From NCBI GenBank assembly GCA_902788085.1, contig CADAJB010000007.1:1-62535 (forward strand): a stretch of DNA of 62,535 nucleotides, written 5' to 3'. The DNA comes from an uncultured Eubacteriales bacterium. Its GTDB lineage: Bacteria; Bacillota; Clostridia; Christensenellales; UBA1242. Below are positions 18,517-28,157 of the stretch, one piece after another. How positions within the stretch are numbered: the stretch's first letter is position 1; every line of letters starts with the position of its first letter. The translations under genes and the position numbers were made by a program. The notes below the pieces were generated by a model. It was not told where the DNA came from, ran no database searches, and saw only the letters and a program-made list of their open reading frames with translations.

Positions 18517-19416
18517 TTATAACATTTCATCATAAAACTCGGCTATGCGGTTTTGAAGTTCGTTATTATAAAACTTTGTGCTTTTTACAAACCTTAATAG
18601 TTCGTTTAAACTAATCATTAAAGCATTAAATATTTTTAAACTTTTATATTCAATAGCCAAAAGAATCGCATCTAAGGTTATGTTTAGTTCGTCTTTTCGG
18701 TCGTCTTTTATTCGGCGGTCGTTGTTTATTGTATCTTGTATTTGGTTAATAATAACCACTACATCATCAAAAAATTGCTCTACCTTATCATCACTGTTTG
18801 TTTGGTTGGTGTATTGCTCGTCGTCTTCGTATTCATCATAATCTAACATTTCTTCTTCTCCTTCTTCTTGGGAATTTTCTTCTGTTTCGTCTTCGTCTTC
18901 AAAATCGGGCAAAATTTGGTTTTGTGTTTCTTCTTCGTAGTTATAGTCGCCGTCTTCTTCGGTTTCTTCTTCATCTATTTCTTCTTCGGGTGTTTCAAAC
19001 CCAACAAGGTTGCATAAAGTATCTCTAAAAGGTAAGATAATTGTAGCAACAAATCTGTTATAGCACTCTAACAAACTTGAACCACCTGCATCAAAGTAAC
19101 TAAAAATAAAATCGTGAAAATCTACCCTATGTGCATCAATTTCGCCTAACAAACTAAATACAATAGCCACCAACTTTTGTGGGTCTTTTGGCAAAACTAT
19201 ATTAACCTTGCGCGCGTCGTTTTTAACTTGAATTTTATTAAACTCGTTTGAAAAATTAAACCCAGCCAAAGCATCACTAACCACACTAACAAGTTCGGGG
19301 CTGTTTACTATACAGCGCAAAATTTCGCTAATTTTGCTTTCTGCTAGAATGAACTTTGCATATTTAGTATCTGTGCAAGCATTATAAAAAGCCTGTATTT
19401 TTGTTGCAGCATCCAT
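18517..19416 (-). CDS. hypothetical protein with a central poly-acidic (Glu/Asp) low-complexity region
   Basis: 299-aa ORF with structured N- and C-terminal parts flanking about 70 residues of E/D-rich sequence. No family recognised. Confidence 0.65.
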   Translation of the reverse strand: MDAATKIQAFYNACTDTKYAKFILAESKISEILRCIVNSPELVSVVSDALAGFNFSNEFNKIQVKNDARKVNIVLPKDPQKLVAIVFSLLGEIDAHRVDFHDFIFSYFDAGGSSLLECYNRFVATIILPFRDTLCNLVGFETPEEEIDEEETEEDGDYNYEEETQNQILPDFEDEDETEENSQEEGEEEMLDYDEYEDDEQYTNQTNSDDKVEQFFDDVVVIINQIQDTINNDRRIKDDRKDELNITLDAILLAIEYKSLKIFNALMISLNELLRFVKSTKFYNNELQNRIAEFYDEML

Positions 19417-19518
19417 ACAAAAAACCTCACTAACCTACATTTTTTTATTAGTATAGCATATATTTTTACAAATTAAAACTAAATTAGAATAAAAAACTAT
19501 TTTTTTTGTGCTAATTAT

Positions 19519-19548
19519 TTGCCAAGTTAAATAAATGTGTGCTATAAT
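19519..19548 (+). promoter_or_regulatory. sigma-A type promoter
   Basis: TTGCCA, 18 nt, TGcTATAAT. Confidence 0.55.
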
Positions 19549-19580
19549 ACTAAATACAAAATTTATTTAGGAGGGTTGTT

Positions 19581-20120
19581 TTGAAATTAGAGTTCTCACA
19601 CGATGACTTTGGTACAAAATTAATACTCCTGTATATGCTAGAACAAATTGAAATACCATTATCCGAACAATTTATTATGGATATTTGTACCACTCGAAAC
19701 GACTGGATAAACTATATGGAATGCGTTAGCGTTTTTCACGACTTATTAAAAGACGGCTTTATATACACCCCCGACGAAGACCCAAAACACAGCCGTTATA
19801 CCCTAACAGCAAAAGGGCGCAACGGGCTTTCTATATACTACGAAGAAATTCCCGACGAAACACGCAACGCTATATCAGCATTTTGCAAAACCAATCGTAT
19901 GTACTTTAAAAGGTTGCAAGAGTATGTTGCCGAGTTTACCAAAAATAGTGATGGCACATATCTAGTAACTTTAAAAATTACCGAAACAGCATCAAGCAAA
20001 CCAATGTTTGAGGTTAAAATAAATCTTCAAACCCGTGCAGATGCCGTTAGGGCCGTAGAAATTTGGACAACAAAAGCACCTAGTTTTTATGAATTTGTTT
20101 ACACTAATTTAATGAGCTAA
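19581..20120 (+). CDS. DUF4364-like protein
   Basis: 179-aa ORF. ILLYMLEQIEIPLSEQFIMDI... resembles the Clostridial DUF4364 family from memory. TTG start with RBS GGAGGG. Confidence 0.55.
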   Translation: MKLEFSHDDFGTKLILLYMLEQIEIPLSEQFIMDICTTRNDWINYMECVSVFHDLLKDGFIYTPDEDPKHSRYTLTAKGRNGLSIYYEEIPDETRNAISAFCKTNRMYFKRLQEYVAEFTKNSDGTYLVTLKITETASSKPMFEVKINLQTRADAVRAVEIWTTKAPSFYEFVYTNLMS

Positions 20121-20147
20121 AACAAAATTTAATTTTAGGAGTAAATT

Positions 20148-20459
20148 ATGGAATCATACCGAACAGTAGGAACTTGCGCTAGACAAATACTTTTTTCTGT
20201 AAAAGATAACATTTTAACCGACCTTAAATTTTTGGGCGGTTGTGCTGGCGGACTGCAAGCACTATCTAAATTACTTATAGGCAAAGACATAGATTTTATA
20301 ATAGAAAAATGCCGTGGCATATTGTGTAAAAACAACACTTCTTGCCCCGACCAACTTGCTTGTGCTTTGTGTATGTATAAAAAGCGTTGCGAAGAGTTTG
20401 AAAACGCAAAAGACCAAATAAAGCAACGCGGACACCCAATAGTGCTAGAAACTCACTAA
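20148..20459 (+). CDS. TSCPD-domain protein (TIGR03905-like)
   Basis: VGTCARQILFSVKDNILTDLKFLGGCAGGLQALSKLLIGK...CRG..C matches the small TSCPD family. Confidence 0.6.
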   Translation: MESYRTVGTCARQILFSVKDNILTDLKFLGGCAGGLQALSKLLIGKDIDFIIEKCRGILCKNNTSCPDQLACALCMYKKRCEEFENAKDQIKQRGHPIVLETH

Positions 20460-20468
20460 AAATAAAAA

Positions 20469-20495
20469 GCAACTTGTTTAAAGTTGTTTTTTTTT
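20469..20495. terminator. bidirectional terminator between convergent genes
   Basis: GCAACTT-GTTTA-AAGTTG followed by T9. Confidence 0.7.
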
Positions 20496-20512
20496 ATTAT
20501 TCCCTACTAAAA

Positions 20513-21061
20513 TTATTTATATAAGTCAGAAATTGCCCTAAGTTGTTTATCAAAATTTATACTAGTGTTTACAAACCTAATATTATTTTTCTTACACTCT
20601 GCTTCTATTGTTTTGCTAATTTCAATTAGGTTTTTTATTTTAAAACATAATTCATCAAAAGTTTTCTTTTTTGTCCAATCGTTTTTGTCGTCTTTCTCTA
20701 AAATCACTTTTGTTTTTTCTTCAACAGTAGTATTTGGATAACCTAAAAAATAAACATCCCACTTTTTAGCATCTATATATTTTAAAATATCATAAGGTAG
20801 AATGTGGGCGGAATCTATAATATATTTTTCTTCTTTTGTGTTTATTATGTCCATAACCTTTGAAAGTAGCCGTGCTAACTTGGGACTAGTTTCACCCATT
20901 ATAACATCTGTTTTTATTCCTGTTTCTGGAAAAATTTCTTTTAATGCGGATGTAAAATAATCAAGTGAAATGTGGTTATATTGCGGAACATTTTGTTTTA
21001 TAAGACTTGCAAGTGTTCCTTTCCACGACCTTGCAACTCCACCTATAAAAATATTTTTCAT
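20513..21061 (-). CDS. P-loop NTPase/kinase-like protein with a degenerate Walker A
   Basis: Start trimmed to MKNIFIGG (RBS GGAG). IFIGGVARSWKGTLASLI occupies the GxxxxGK(S/T) position without matching it. Confidence 0.55.
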   Translation of the reverse strand: MKNIFIGGVARSWKGTLASLIKQNVPQYNHISLDYFTSALKEIFPETGIKTDVIMGETSPKLARLLSKVMDIINTKEEKYIIDSAHILPYDILKYIDAKKWDVYFLGYPNTTVEEKTKVILEKDDKNDWTKKKTFDELCFKIKNLIEISKTIEAECKKNNIRFVNTSINFDKQLRAISDLYK

Positions 21062-21134
21062 TTTTATCTCCATTAATAAAGCAGACACATCGTTTAATTA
21101 TGTGTTACTTTTTTTTTATTTTTTATCTACTTTA

Positions 21135-21257
21135 CTAATTCTTTTTAAGTAAAAAATCTTTTAATTGTAAGTATGCTTCGTTAGACCAAAACTTCCAGCG
21201 CTTATCATCACTTAATAAAGTTCCTTCATAATCTACAATAATATACTTATTGGACAT
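21135..21257 (-). CDS. 40-aa small ORF below the ORF-track size cutoff
   Basis: Strong RBS GAGGAGGT 5 nt before the ATG. Product MSNKYIIVDYEGTLLSDDKRWKFWSNEAYLQLKDFLLKKN. IIVDYEGTL resembles HAD motif I. Confidence 0.4.
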   Translation of the reverse strand: MSNKYIIVDYEGTLLSDDKRWKFWSNEAYLQLKDFLLKKN

Positions 21258-21345
21258 ACTTACCTCCTCATTGATAATAACATTATATCATATATACTAT
21301 AATTTTGTAACGAATTTTATAAATAAAAAAACAAAACAAAGATTT

Positions 21346-22455
21346 TTACACTCTGCTTTGTTTTGATATATTTAATAAAACACCAATGGCCGCCATAAAC
21401 ACCACAAGTGATGTTGACCCTGCACTAATAAACGGAAGTGGCAACCCCGTTGGTGGCACTGCACCAGAAACAACCGCCACATTTAACAAAACCTGCACGG
21501 CTAAAATACTGGTTATACCCACACCCAAATAACAACCAAATCGGTTTTTTGCATTTATTGCAACTTTATAACCAAAGTAAATAAGCACAAAAAACAGCAA
21601 CAACACCATAACAGCCCCAACAAAACCTAATTCTTCGCCAATGATAGAAAATATAAAATCACTTTCGCTAAATGGTAAAAAAGCATATTTTTGGCGAGAA
21701 TTAAAAAGCCCTGTGCCAAACATTCCACCTGCACCTAAGGCATATAAAGATTGAATTAGTTGAAACCCCTCGCCTTGCGGACTTGCCCAAGGGTCTATAA
21801 ACGCAAAAAGTCGCTTTAACCTATACGGCTCTAGTAAGATAAGAAGAGGGATTGCACTTGCTATTGGTATAGACATAAGTGCCAAATGTTTTGGTTGCAT
21901 ACCGCCTATTAACAGCATAGTTAGCATTACAACCCCAACGCAAATTGTTACCGACATATTGGGCTCTAACATTATAAGCGCACATATTATTCCACCAGCC
22001 AACAAAACAGGCAAACTGCCTTTAAAAGTTGTCATTTTTGTGGCATTTTTTGTCATATAACCAGCACAAAAAAGTATAAAGCAGAATTTTGCAACTTCAC
22101 TTGCTTGAAAACTAAACGCACCAAAACCTATCCAACGACGCGCGCCATAGTTTGAAATTCCTACACCCGGTATAAGCACAACAACCAATAAAACTATTCC
22201 TAAAATTAAAGCAGGAATATACAACTTTGCTAAAAAATTATAATTAACATTAGCAAGTATTAACATAGCAACCAGCCCCAACAAAAAGCCTATAATTTGC
22301 TTGTTTAAAAAATAAGTGCTATTGCCATATAAATTTTGAGCATTATAACTAGATGCCGAATATACCATAATCAACCCAAAAATGCACAATGCAATGGTTA
22401 TAAAAAATATGATAATAGCATTTTTGTTATAAAAAACTTTATTTAATACTTTCAA
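21346..22455 (-). CDS. ftsW: FtsW/RodA/SpoVE family peptidoglycan glycosyltransferase (SEDS)
   Basis: 369-aa polytopic membrane ORF with SEDS motifs (QPSE-like ASEVAKF, PFISAGSTS). Last gene of the dcw block. Confidence 0.9.
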   Translation of the reverse strand: MKVLNKVFYNKNAIIIFFITIALCIFGLIMVYSASSYNAQNLYGNSTYFLNKQIIGFLLGLVAMLILANVNYNFLAKLYIPALILGIVLLVVVLIPGVGISNYGARRWIGFGAFSFQASEVAKFCFILFCAGYMTKNATKMTTFKGSLPVLLAGGIICALIMLEPNMSVTICVGVVMLTMLLIGGMQPKHLALMSIPIASAIPLLILLEPYRLKRLFAFIDPWASPQGEGFQLIQSLYALGAGGMFGTGLFNSRQKYAFLPFSESDFIFSIIGEELGFVGAVMVLLLFFVLIYFGYKVAINAKNRFGCYLGVGITSILAVQVLLNVAVVSGAVPPTGLPLPFISAGSTSLVVFMAAIGVLLNISKQSRV

Positions 22456-23788
22456 AAGTTTCTCCGCTAACTAAATATTTAAAAAAATCTCCGCGTTGTA
22501 AATAATTTGAAAACTGGTCAAAACTTGCACACGCTGGACTTAATAAAACAACATCACCGCTTTTTGATATTTGCATACTCTTTATTACAGCATCCTCAAA
22601 ATTATATATAAACTCGGCTTTTATCTTGAATTTTTTAGATAAATTAAATATCTTTTTGCCAGTCTTCCCAAATGCCACTATATATTTTATATTTTGTGTT
22701 AAGTTTTTAAATAAGTAAGAAAAATCTTCGCCCTTATTGCTTCCGCCCAACAGTAAGATAAGGGGCTTATTAAAGTTATTTAGTGCATTTAGCGTTGCGT
22801 GAATATTTGTTGCCTTCGAATCGTTTATATAATCTACACCATTTTTATTAACCACAAACTCGCATCTGTGTGGTGGAAGTTTAAAACTATTAATTGCTTC
22901 TTTTACATCTACAATGTCAACACCACACAATAGCGCAATCGTGCTTGCCACTAACACATTATATAAATTTATAGACAACATTTTTGCGTTGATTTGCAGT
23001 TTATATAACTTTGTATCTAGTTTTATGCACAAAAAGTCTTGGCTTTTGTAAGCACTATATTTATAATTGCTTAAACTATGTTTTATGCTAAAATACACGA
23101 CATTTGCTTTTGTATTTTGTGCACAATTAAATACAATTTTATCATCATAATTTAAAATTACATAGTCTTGTTTATCTTGGTTTTTGTATATATTTTGCTT
23201 GCACATAAGATATTCGTTTATAGTACTATGCACATCTAAATGATCAGGCGCAAAATTCAAAAAAGCCGAAATTTTAGGTTTGAATTTTTTTATATACTGC
23301 AACTGAAAACTACTTGCCTCGCACACTAAAAAATTATCTTTTGTTGTGTTAAAAACAACTTCGCTAATGCTACGGCCAACATTACCAACAGCAACAGCCT
23401 TTTTTTGTGCGCAGTTTAGTATGTGCGTAGCAAGCAATGTTGTGGTGGTTTTTCCATTGGTTCCTGTTATTGCAATTAGTTTGCCACTATTATACTGTGC
23501 ACCTAATTCTATTTCGCTAATTATGTCTATATTATATAATTTTGCTTTTTTGTGCATAGTTTTGCTTATTTTTACGCCCGGACTAACTACTATGCACTTA
23601 ATACTATGAGGTTTAATTTTGTTTAGTTTAGTGCATAGTACTACGCTTTTATCTACTAGTTTTGCATTATAAATTGAATATAATTTAGATTTATCTTTAT
23701 CATATAATATAACTTTTTGCTTTTGCTTAATTAATAAATTGCAAGCCCCTATTCCGCTTATGCCCGCGCCTAAAACTAAATAAAACAT
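22439..23788 (-). CDS. murD: UDP-N-acetylmuramoylalanine--D-glutamate ligase
   Basis: N-terminal Rossmann motif GAGISGIG and Mur ligase P-loop ITGTNGKTTTT. Located between mraY and ftsW. Confidence 0.95.
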   Translation of the reverse strand: MFYLVLGAGISGIGACNLLIKQKQKVILYDKDKSKLYSIYNAKLVDKSVVLCTKLNKIKPHSIKCIVVSPGVKISKTMHKKAKLYNIDIISEIELGAQYNSGKLIAITGTNGKTTTTLLATHILNCAQKKAVAVGNVGRSISEVVFNTTKDNFLVCEASSFQLQYIKKFKPKISAFLNFAPDHLDVHSTINEYLMCKQNIYKNQDKQDYVILNYDDKIVFNCAQNTKANVVYFSIKHSLSNYKYSAYKSQDFLCIKLDTKLYKLQINAKMLSINLYNVLVASTIALLCGVDIVDVKEAINSFKLPPHRCEFVVNKNGVDYINDSKATNIHATLNALNNFNKPLILLLGGSNKGEDFSYLFKNLTQNIKYIVAFGKTGKKIFNLSKKFKIKAEFIYNFEDAVIKSMQISKSGDVVLLSPACASFDQFSNYLQRGDFFKYLVSGETFESIK

Positions 23789-23797
23789 TATGCCCCC

Positions 23798-24799
23798 TTA
23801 TAACAAACATAACATTATACCTAATACGCTAAATATAATGGTTGTTATTATATATATGGCAACAATTTTATTTTCATTCACTCCTTTCTTTTCAAAATGA
23901 TGATGCAACGGCGCCATTAAAAATATTCTTTTCTTTGTAAATTTATAATAAACGACTTGCAATAATACACTAAGTGCACTAACAACAAAGCATATACATA
24001 TAATAGGCAAAATAAGTGGAAGTTTTGTAAACACAGCAATACTGGCAATAACCCCACCTAGCGATAAAGAGCCCGTATCACCCATAAAAATTTTTGCAGG
24101 GTTGCTGTTTACACACAAAAACGCAAGCACTCCACCAACTACGCAAACACCTAAAACTATTAAGTTTTTATATTCCATTATAACATTCTGCCCTATGCCC
24201 AAGTTTGTTTGCACGCCACACAAAAGTAATATTATTACACATAGTGCCGATAAGCCTACTACACTAACCCCACCCGCCAAACCATCTAAACCATCTGTTA
24301 GGTTTGCACTATTTGTTACGGCCAAAAACACAAGCATACTAACAGGTATTATTCCCCAACCTATATCTATGCTTTTAAAACCAAACGGCAAATATAAAGA
24401 TGTGCCTATTATATTAGATTTGTAAACAAAAATAGCCACCAAAACCGAAATTCCAACTTGCCCTATTATTTTTTGATAAGCACGCAAACCTAAATTTTTG
24501 TGTGTTTTTATTTTTATAAAATCATCTAAAAAACCAAGCAAAGCAAAACTAACAAAAACCACCAAAGCAACAACAGCAAGTCTGTTTTGCGAATTAAAAA
24601 ACCAAGGGGCAACCAAGCACGCACTAAACACAAATATTAACCCACCAAGAGTACGAGTGCCCTGCTTGTTTTTGTGTGTTGTTACATATTGCAAAATTGT
24701 TTGTTTAGCTTTTGTTTTATCTACTATCCAAAAAACTAGGGGTATAAGCCCTAGTCCTACAACAAACGATAACACAAAAGCCAACAGCACATTTATCAT
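23798..24799 (-). CDS. mraY: phospho-N-acetylmuramoyl-pentapeptide transferase
   Basis: Polytopic membrane protein with NLTDGLDGLA, MGDTGSLSLGG and APLHHHFE motifs. Confidence 0.95.
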   Translation of the reverse strand: MINVLLAFVLSFVVGLGLIPLVFWIVDKTKAKQTILQYVTTHKNKQGTRTLGGLIFVFSACLVAPWFFNSQNRLAVVALVVFVSFALLGFLDDFIKIKTHKNLGLRAYQKIIGQVGISVLVAIFVYKSNIIGTSLYLPFGFKSIDIGWGIIPVSMLVFLAVTNSANLTDGLDGLAGGVSVVGLSALCVIILLLCGVQTNLGIGQNVIMEYKNLIVLGVCVVGGVLAFLCVNSNPAKIFMGDTGSLSLGGVIASIAVFTKLPLILPIICICFVVSALSVLLQVVYYKFTKKRIFLMAPLHHHFEKKGVNENKIVAIYIITTIIFSVLGIMLCLL

Positions 24800-24803
24800 T
24801 GTT

Positions 24804-26258
24804 TTACCTTTTTTGGTTTATTTTATTAATAACTTTATAATCACTATAACTAATTTTTTGTCCTTTTATGTCTAAATAATCTTCGGCACCTTTGCCCGAT
24901 ATTACAACAAAATCGTTGGGTTTACTTAAACTAACAGCATTTTCTATGGCTTTCTTTCTATCTGTTATGCACATATAGTTTTTATAATTTTTGGGTATGC
25001 CTTTTTTTATATCAATAATTATAGATTGTGGTTCTTCAAAGCGCGGATTATCACTTGTTATTATTGTAAAATCGGCTAAACTTACGCTTATTTGCCCCAT
25101 TAGTGGGCGTTTTAGCCTGTCTCTATTTCCGCCACAACCAAAAACTGATATAACCCTGCCCTTAGAAATCTCTTTTGCGCTAGTTAAAATTTTTTGCAAA
25201 CCATCGGGTGTGTGCGCATAATCTATAACTGCATAAGCCCCGTTTTTTAGTGGCAAAACATTAAACCGCCCCAAAACTGGCAAAACATTTTTAACGCCTT
25301 GTATAATATTTTTTTGCTCTATACCCAAAACACTACAAGCACAAATAGCACCCAAAATATTATATAAGTTAAACTTACCCATTAATGCCGAACTGCAATT
25401 AAAAGTATATCCATTTACTTCTACATTAAACTTTAAACCATTATTTTGTAGGCTATAACTTAAACATTTTTGCCCCACTTTATTGTTTAGCCCAAAACCA
25501 AAGCAGTTAAACCCAATACTCAAACTATTTTTATAAACCCCGCTTGCAAGTTTATCGTCTAAATTAACTACCCCGTTTATGCAATATTTTGGCGATAAAA
25601 AACTTAGTTTCGTTTTTGCATAGTTAGAAAAAGTTTTAAAAAAATCTAAGTGGTCTTGTGTTATGTTTGTTAATATTCCAACTAAAAACTTAACCCCTTC
25701 CATTTTGTTTAAACTTATTGCGTGCGCACTAACTTCCATTACAACATAGTCAATTTTTTGTTTTACCATTTGGGCTAAAACCTTATGAAAAACTATTGGG
25801 TCGGGCGTTGTCATATTCGTTTTTAATTTTTTATTGCCTATATATATACCAATAGTTCCAAACAACCCAACCTTATACCCCGATGTTTCTAAAATAGATT
25901 TTAAAATATATGTTGTGCTTGTCTTCCCGTTTGTGCCTGTTACGCCTATTAGTTTTAGTTTTTTTGCAGGGTTACCATAAAAGTTAGCACTGCACAGCGC
26001 CATAGCCGCACGCGCATTTTCTACTTTTATTTGCACAACATCTAAATTTAAAAACTTTTCCACCACAATAGCCACCGCACCAAGTTCTACTGCATTTTGC
26101 GCATAGTTATGCCCATCTTCATTCACACCGGTTAAGCAAAAAAATAATGAATTTTTGTGCATAGCACTTGTGTTAAAGCATAAATTTTGTATATTTTTAT
26201 GGTTTATTTCGCCTTTTGTTTGACAATTTATATTTTTTAAGATGTTTTTTAACAACAT
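24804..26258 (-). CDS. murE: UDP-N-acetylmuramoyl-tripeptide synthetase (MurE)
   Basis: GVTGTNGKTST P-loop and the DNPR motif (SDNPRFEEP). Confidence 0.9.
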   Translation of the reverse strand: MLLKNILKNINCQTKGEINHKNIQNLCFNTSAMHKNSLFFCLTGVNEDGHNYAQNAVELGAVAIVVEKFLNLDVVQIKVENARAAMALCSANFYGNPAKKLKLIGVTGTNGKTSTTYILKSILETSGYKVGLFGTIGIYIGNKKLKTNMTTPDPIVFHKVLAQMVKQKIDYVVMEVSAHAISLNKMEGVKFLVGILTNITQDHLDFFKTFSNYAKTKLSFLSPKYCINGVVNLDDKLASGVYKNSLSIGFNCFGFGLNNKVGQKCLSYSLQNNGLKFNVEVNGYTFNCSSALMGKFNLYNILGAICACSVLGIEQKNIIQGVKNVLPVLGRFNVLPLKNGAYAVIDYAHTPDGLQKILTSAKEISKGRVISVFGCGGNRDRLKRPLMGQISVSLADFTIITSDNPRFEEPQSIIIDIKKGIPKNYKNYMCITDRKKAIENAVSLSKPNDFVVISGKGAEDYLDIKGQKISYSDYKVINKINQKR

Positions 26259-26266
26259 AATATCAC

Positions 26267-28156
26267 CTAACCTAAAATTATTATTGTTCCTATTTCTACA
26301 AACTCGCCTTCGGGTATTGCCTGACTAAACACAACTTCTACTTCTTCATTAAAGTAATAATCTAACTTTATAGACTTTAAAATTGCACAAGCATCTAAAA
26401 TTGACATTCCAACAACATTTGGCACTTGCACTAAATTTGTTGTATCTATCATATCGGGGTTATCTGGTGGTATTTGAAGATAATTAAATAGTTTTGAAAA
26501 AATCTCTTTGCCATAAGGCTTTGCCACTTGTCCACCATAATACATACCGTTGCTAGGCTCGTTTACACAAAGTAGCAAAACATATTGCGGGTTGCTTGCC
26601 GGATATGTTCCTACAAAACTAGAAATATACTTGCCCTGTGCAACTTTACCATCTTCATACTTTTGTGCTGTACCTGTTTTTCCGCCTATGTGATAACCTG
26701 TTACAAACTGACACTCGCCCTGTGTAGATAAAACTTGCTCTAATAAATAATTTAGGTCTTTTCTAACTTGCTGTGTGGTAGTTTGTCTAACCGGAATGCT
26801 ATTAAAGGTTTTTATGCCATCTTGTGTTGTTATAGACTTTATAAATCGTGGTTGATATAATGTGCCATTTATTACACCACAAATGCTGGTTATCATTTGT
26901 ATAGGTGTTACGGCAACTGCTTGTCCAAATGATATGCGTGCTAAATCTACATTTTTAACAATGTTTTGGTCCATTAATATGCCCGAACTTTCACCATTAA
27001 AATCTATGCCTGTTTTTTGACCTATCCCAAAAGTTTTTAAGTTAGAATAAAACTTTTCCACGCCCATTCGCAAACCTAAATCCATAAACACGCTATTGCA
27101 ACTATTTGAAAATCCTTCCACCAAAGTTTCGCTTCCGTGCCCCTTTGTTTTCCAGCATTTTATTTTTTGCCCATCCACCACCCTATATCCCGGGTCGTAA
27201 AAGCGTTCTTCTAAGTTTGTTATTCCCAAAGATAAAGCGCTGGCTGTTGTAAAAATTTTAAAAGTGCTTCCTGGTTCATATACATCTGTGATTGCGGTAT
27301 TTTTACTTAGTTTTAATAGTGTTTGCACATCTTCACGCGGTATTTCGTTTAGGTTAAAACTTGGTTTTGTTGCCATACTAAGCACTTCACCATTTTGGGC
27401 GTTCATAATAATTCCTAGCGCACTGGTGGCTTTTTGTTCGGTTAAAGATTTTTCTAAAACACCTTCTAAAATTTGTTGAAGCCCTACATCAATAGTTAAA
27501 GTTATGTCACAACCCTTTATTCCTGCTATATATTGCGTGGTGGCATTACTTAACTCTACCCCCGTTATTGTTCCATCGGTTAGCGAATAACCGTCTGTTC
27601 CTACAAGAAATCTGTTATAATAATCTTCTAACCCAGCCTGTCCGTCGTTGTCTATTGTTGTAAAGCCTAATACTGATGTTAAAAGGTTGTTATATGGGTA
27701 TTGACGAGTTGAGGTTTCGGTTAGATAAACACCATTTAAATTAGCCCCCAATAAATTTAGGGCAACTTCGGGTGAAATTTGTTTTTGAATTAGCACTTCG
27801 GATACTTTTTTATTTTGTATTTTATCTAAAATTTTTTGGCTATCTATATTTAAAATTGAGCCAATAGTATCTGCACTATTTTGTGCATCTATTATTGATG
27901 CAGGGCGAACATATAAATTGTATGAGGTGTAAGAACTTGCTAAAACATTTCCGTTTGTATCTAAAATACTTCCACGCACGCCACTTAATGTTAAATCTCG
28001 GGTCCACTGACTAATTGCTTTTGTTTGCAAACTTTTTGATTGCACCACAATAACCAAAAATAATTTTACACCTATTAATATAAAAGCAAAGGTTACTATA
28101 CAAATAATGCATAGTAACCTCTTTTGTAGATTATAAATAGTGTAATCTTTTTTCAT
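26267..28156 (-). CDS. class B penicillin-binding protein (FtsI/SpoVD type) with a C-terminal PASTA domain
   Basis: Start trimmed to MKKDYTIYNL (ATG 28156), 1 nt after the upstream stop. Motifs STFK (PGSTFK), SNS (SNSCNS) and KTGT (GKTGTAQ), plus a PASTA-like tail. Confidence 0.9.
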   Translation of the reverse strand: MKKDYTIYNLQKRLLCIICIVTFAFILIGVKLFLVIVVQSKSLQTKAISQWTRDLTLSGVRGSILDTNGNVLASSYTSYNLYVRPASIIDAQNSADTIGSILNIDSQKILDKIQNKKVSEVLIQKQISPEVALNLLGANLNGVYLTETSTRQYPYNNLLTSVLGFTTIDNDGQAGLEDYYNRFLVGTDGYSLTDGTITGVELSNATTQYIAGIKGCDITLTIDVGLQQILEGVLEKSLTEQKATSALGIIMNAQNGEVLSMATKPSFNLNEIPREDVQTLLKLSKNTAITDVYEPGSTFKIFTTASALSLGITNLEERFYDPGYRVVDGQKIKCWKTKGHGSETLVEGFSNSCNSVFMDLGLRMGVEKFYSNLKTFGIGQKTGIDFNGESSGILMDQNIVKNVDLARISFGQAVAVTPIQMITSICGVINGTLYQPRFIKSITTQDGIKTFNSIPVRQTTTQQVRKDLNYLLEQVLSTQGECQFVTGYHIGGKTGTAQKYEDGKVAQGKYISSFVGTYPASNPQYVLLLCVNEPSNGMYYGGQVAKPYGKEIFSKLFNYLQIPPDNPDMIDTTNLVQVPNVVGMSILDACAILKSIKLDYYFNEEVEVVFSQAIPEGEFVEIGTIIILG

Positions 28157-28157
28157 T

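Noticed and set aside
18800-19010. GAA/GAT-rich repetitive DNA that looks like a tandem repeat.
   Set aside because: It is the coding sequence for the poly-Glu/Asp core of the 18517..19416 protein. It is irregular, with no fixed repeat unit.
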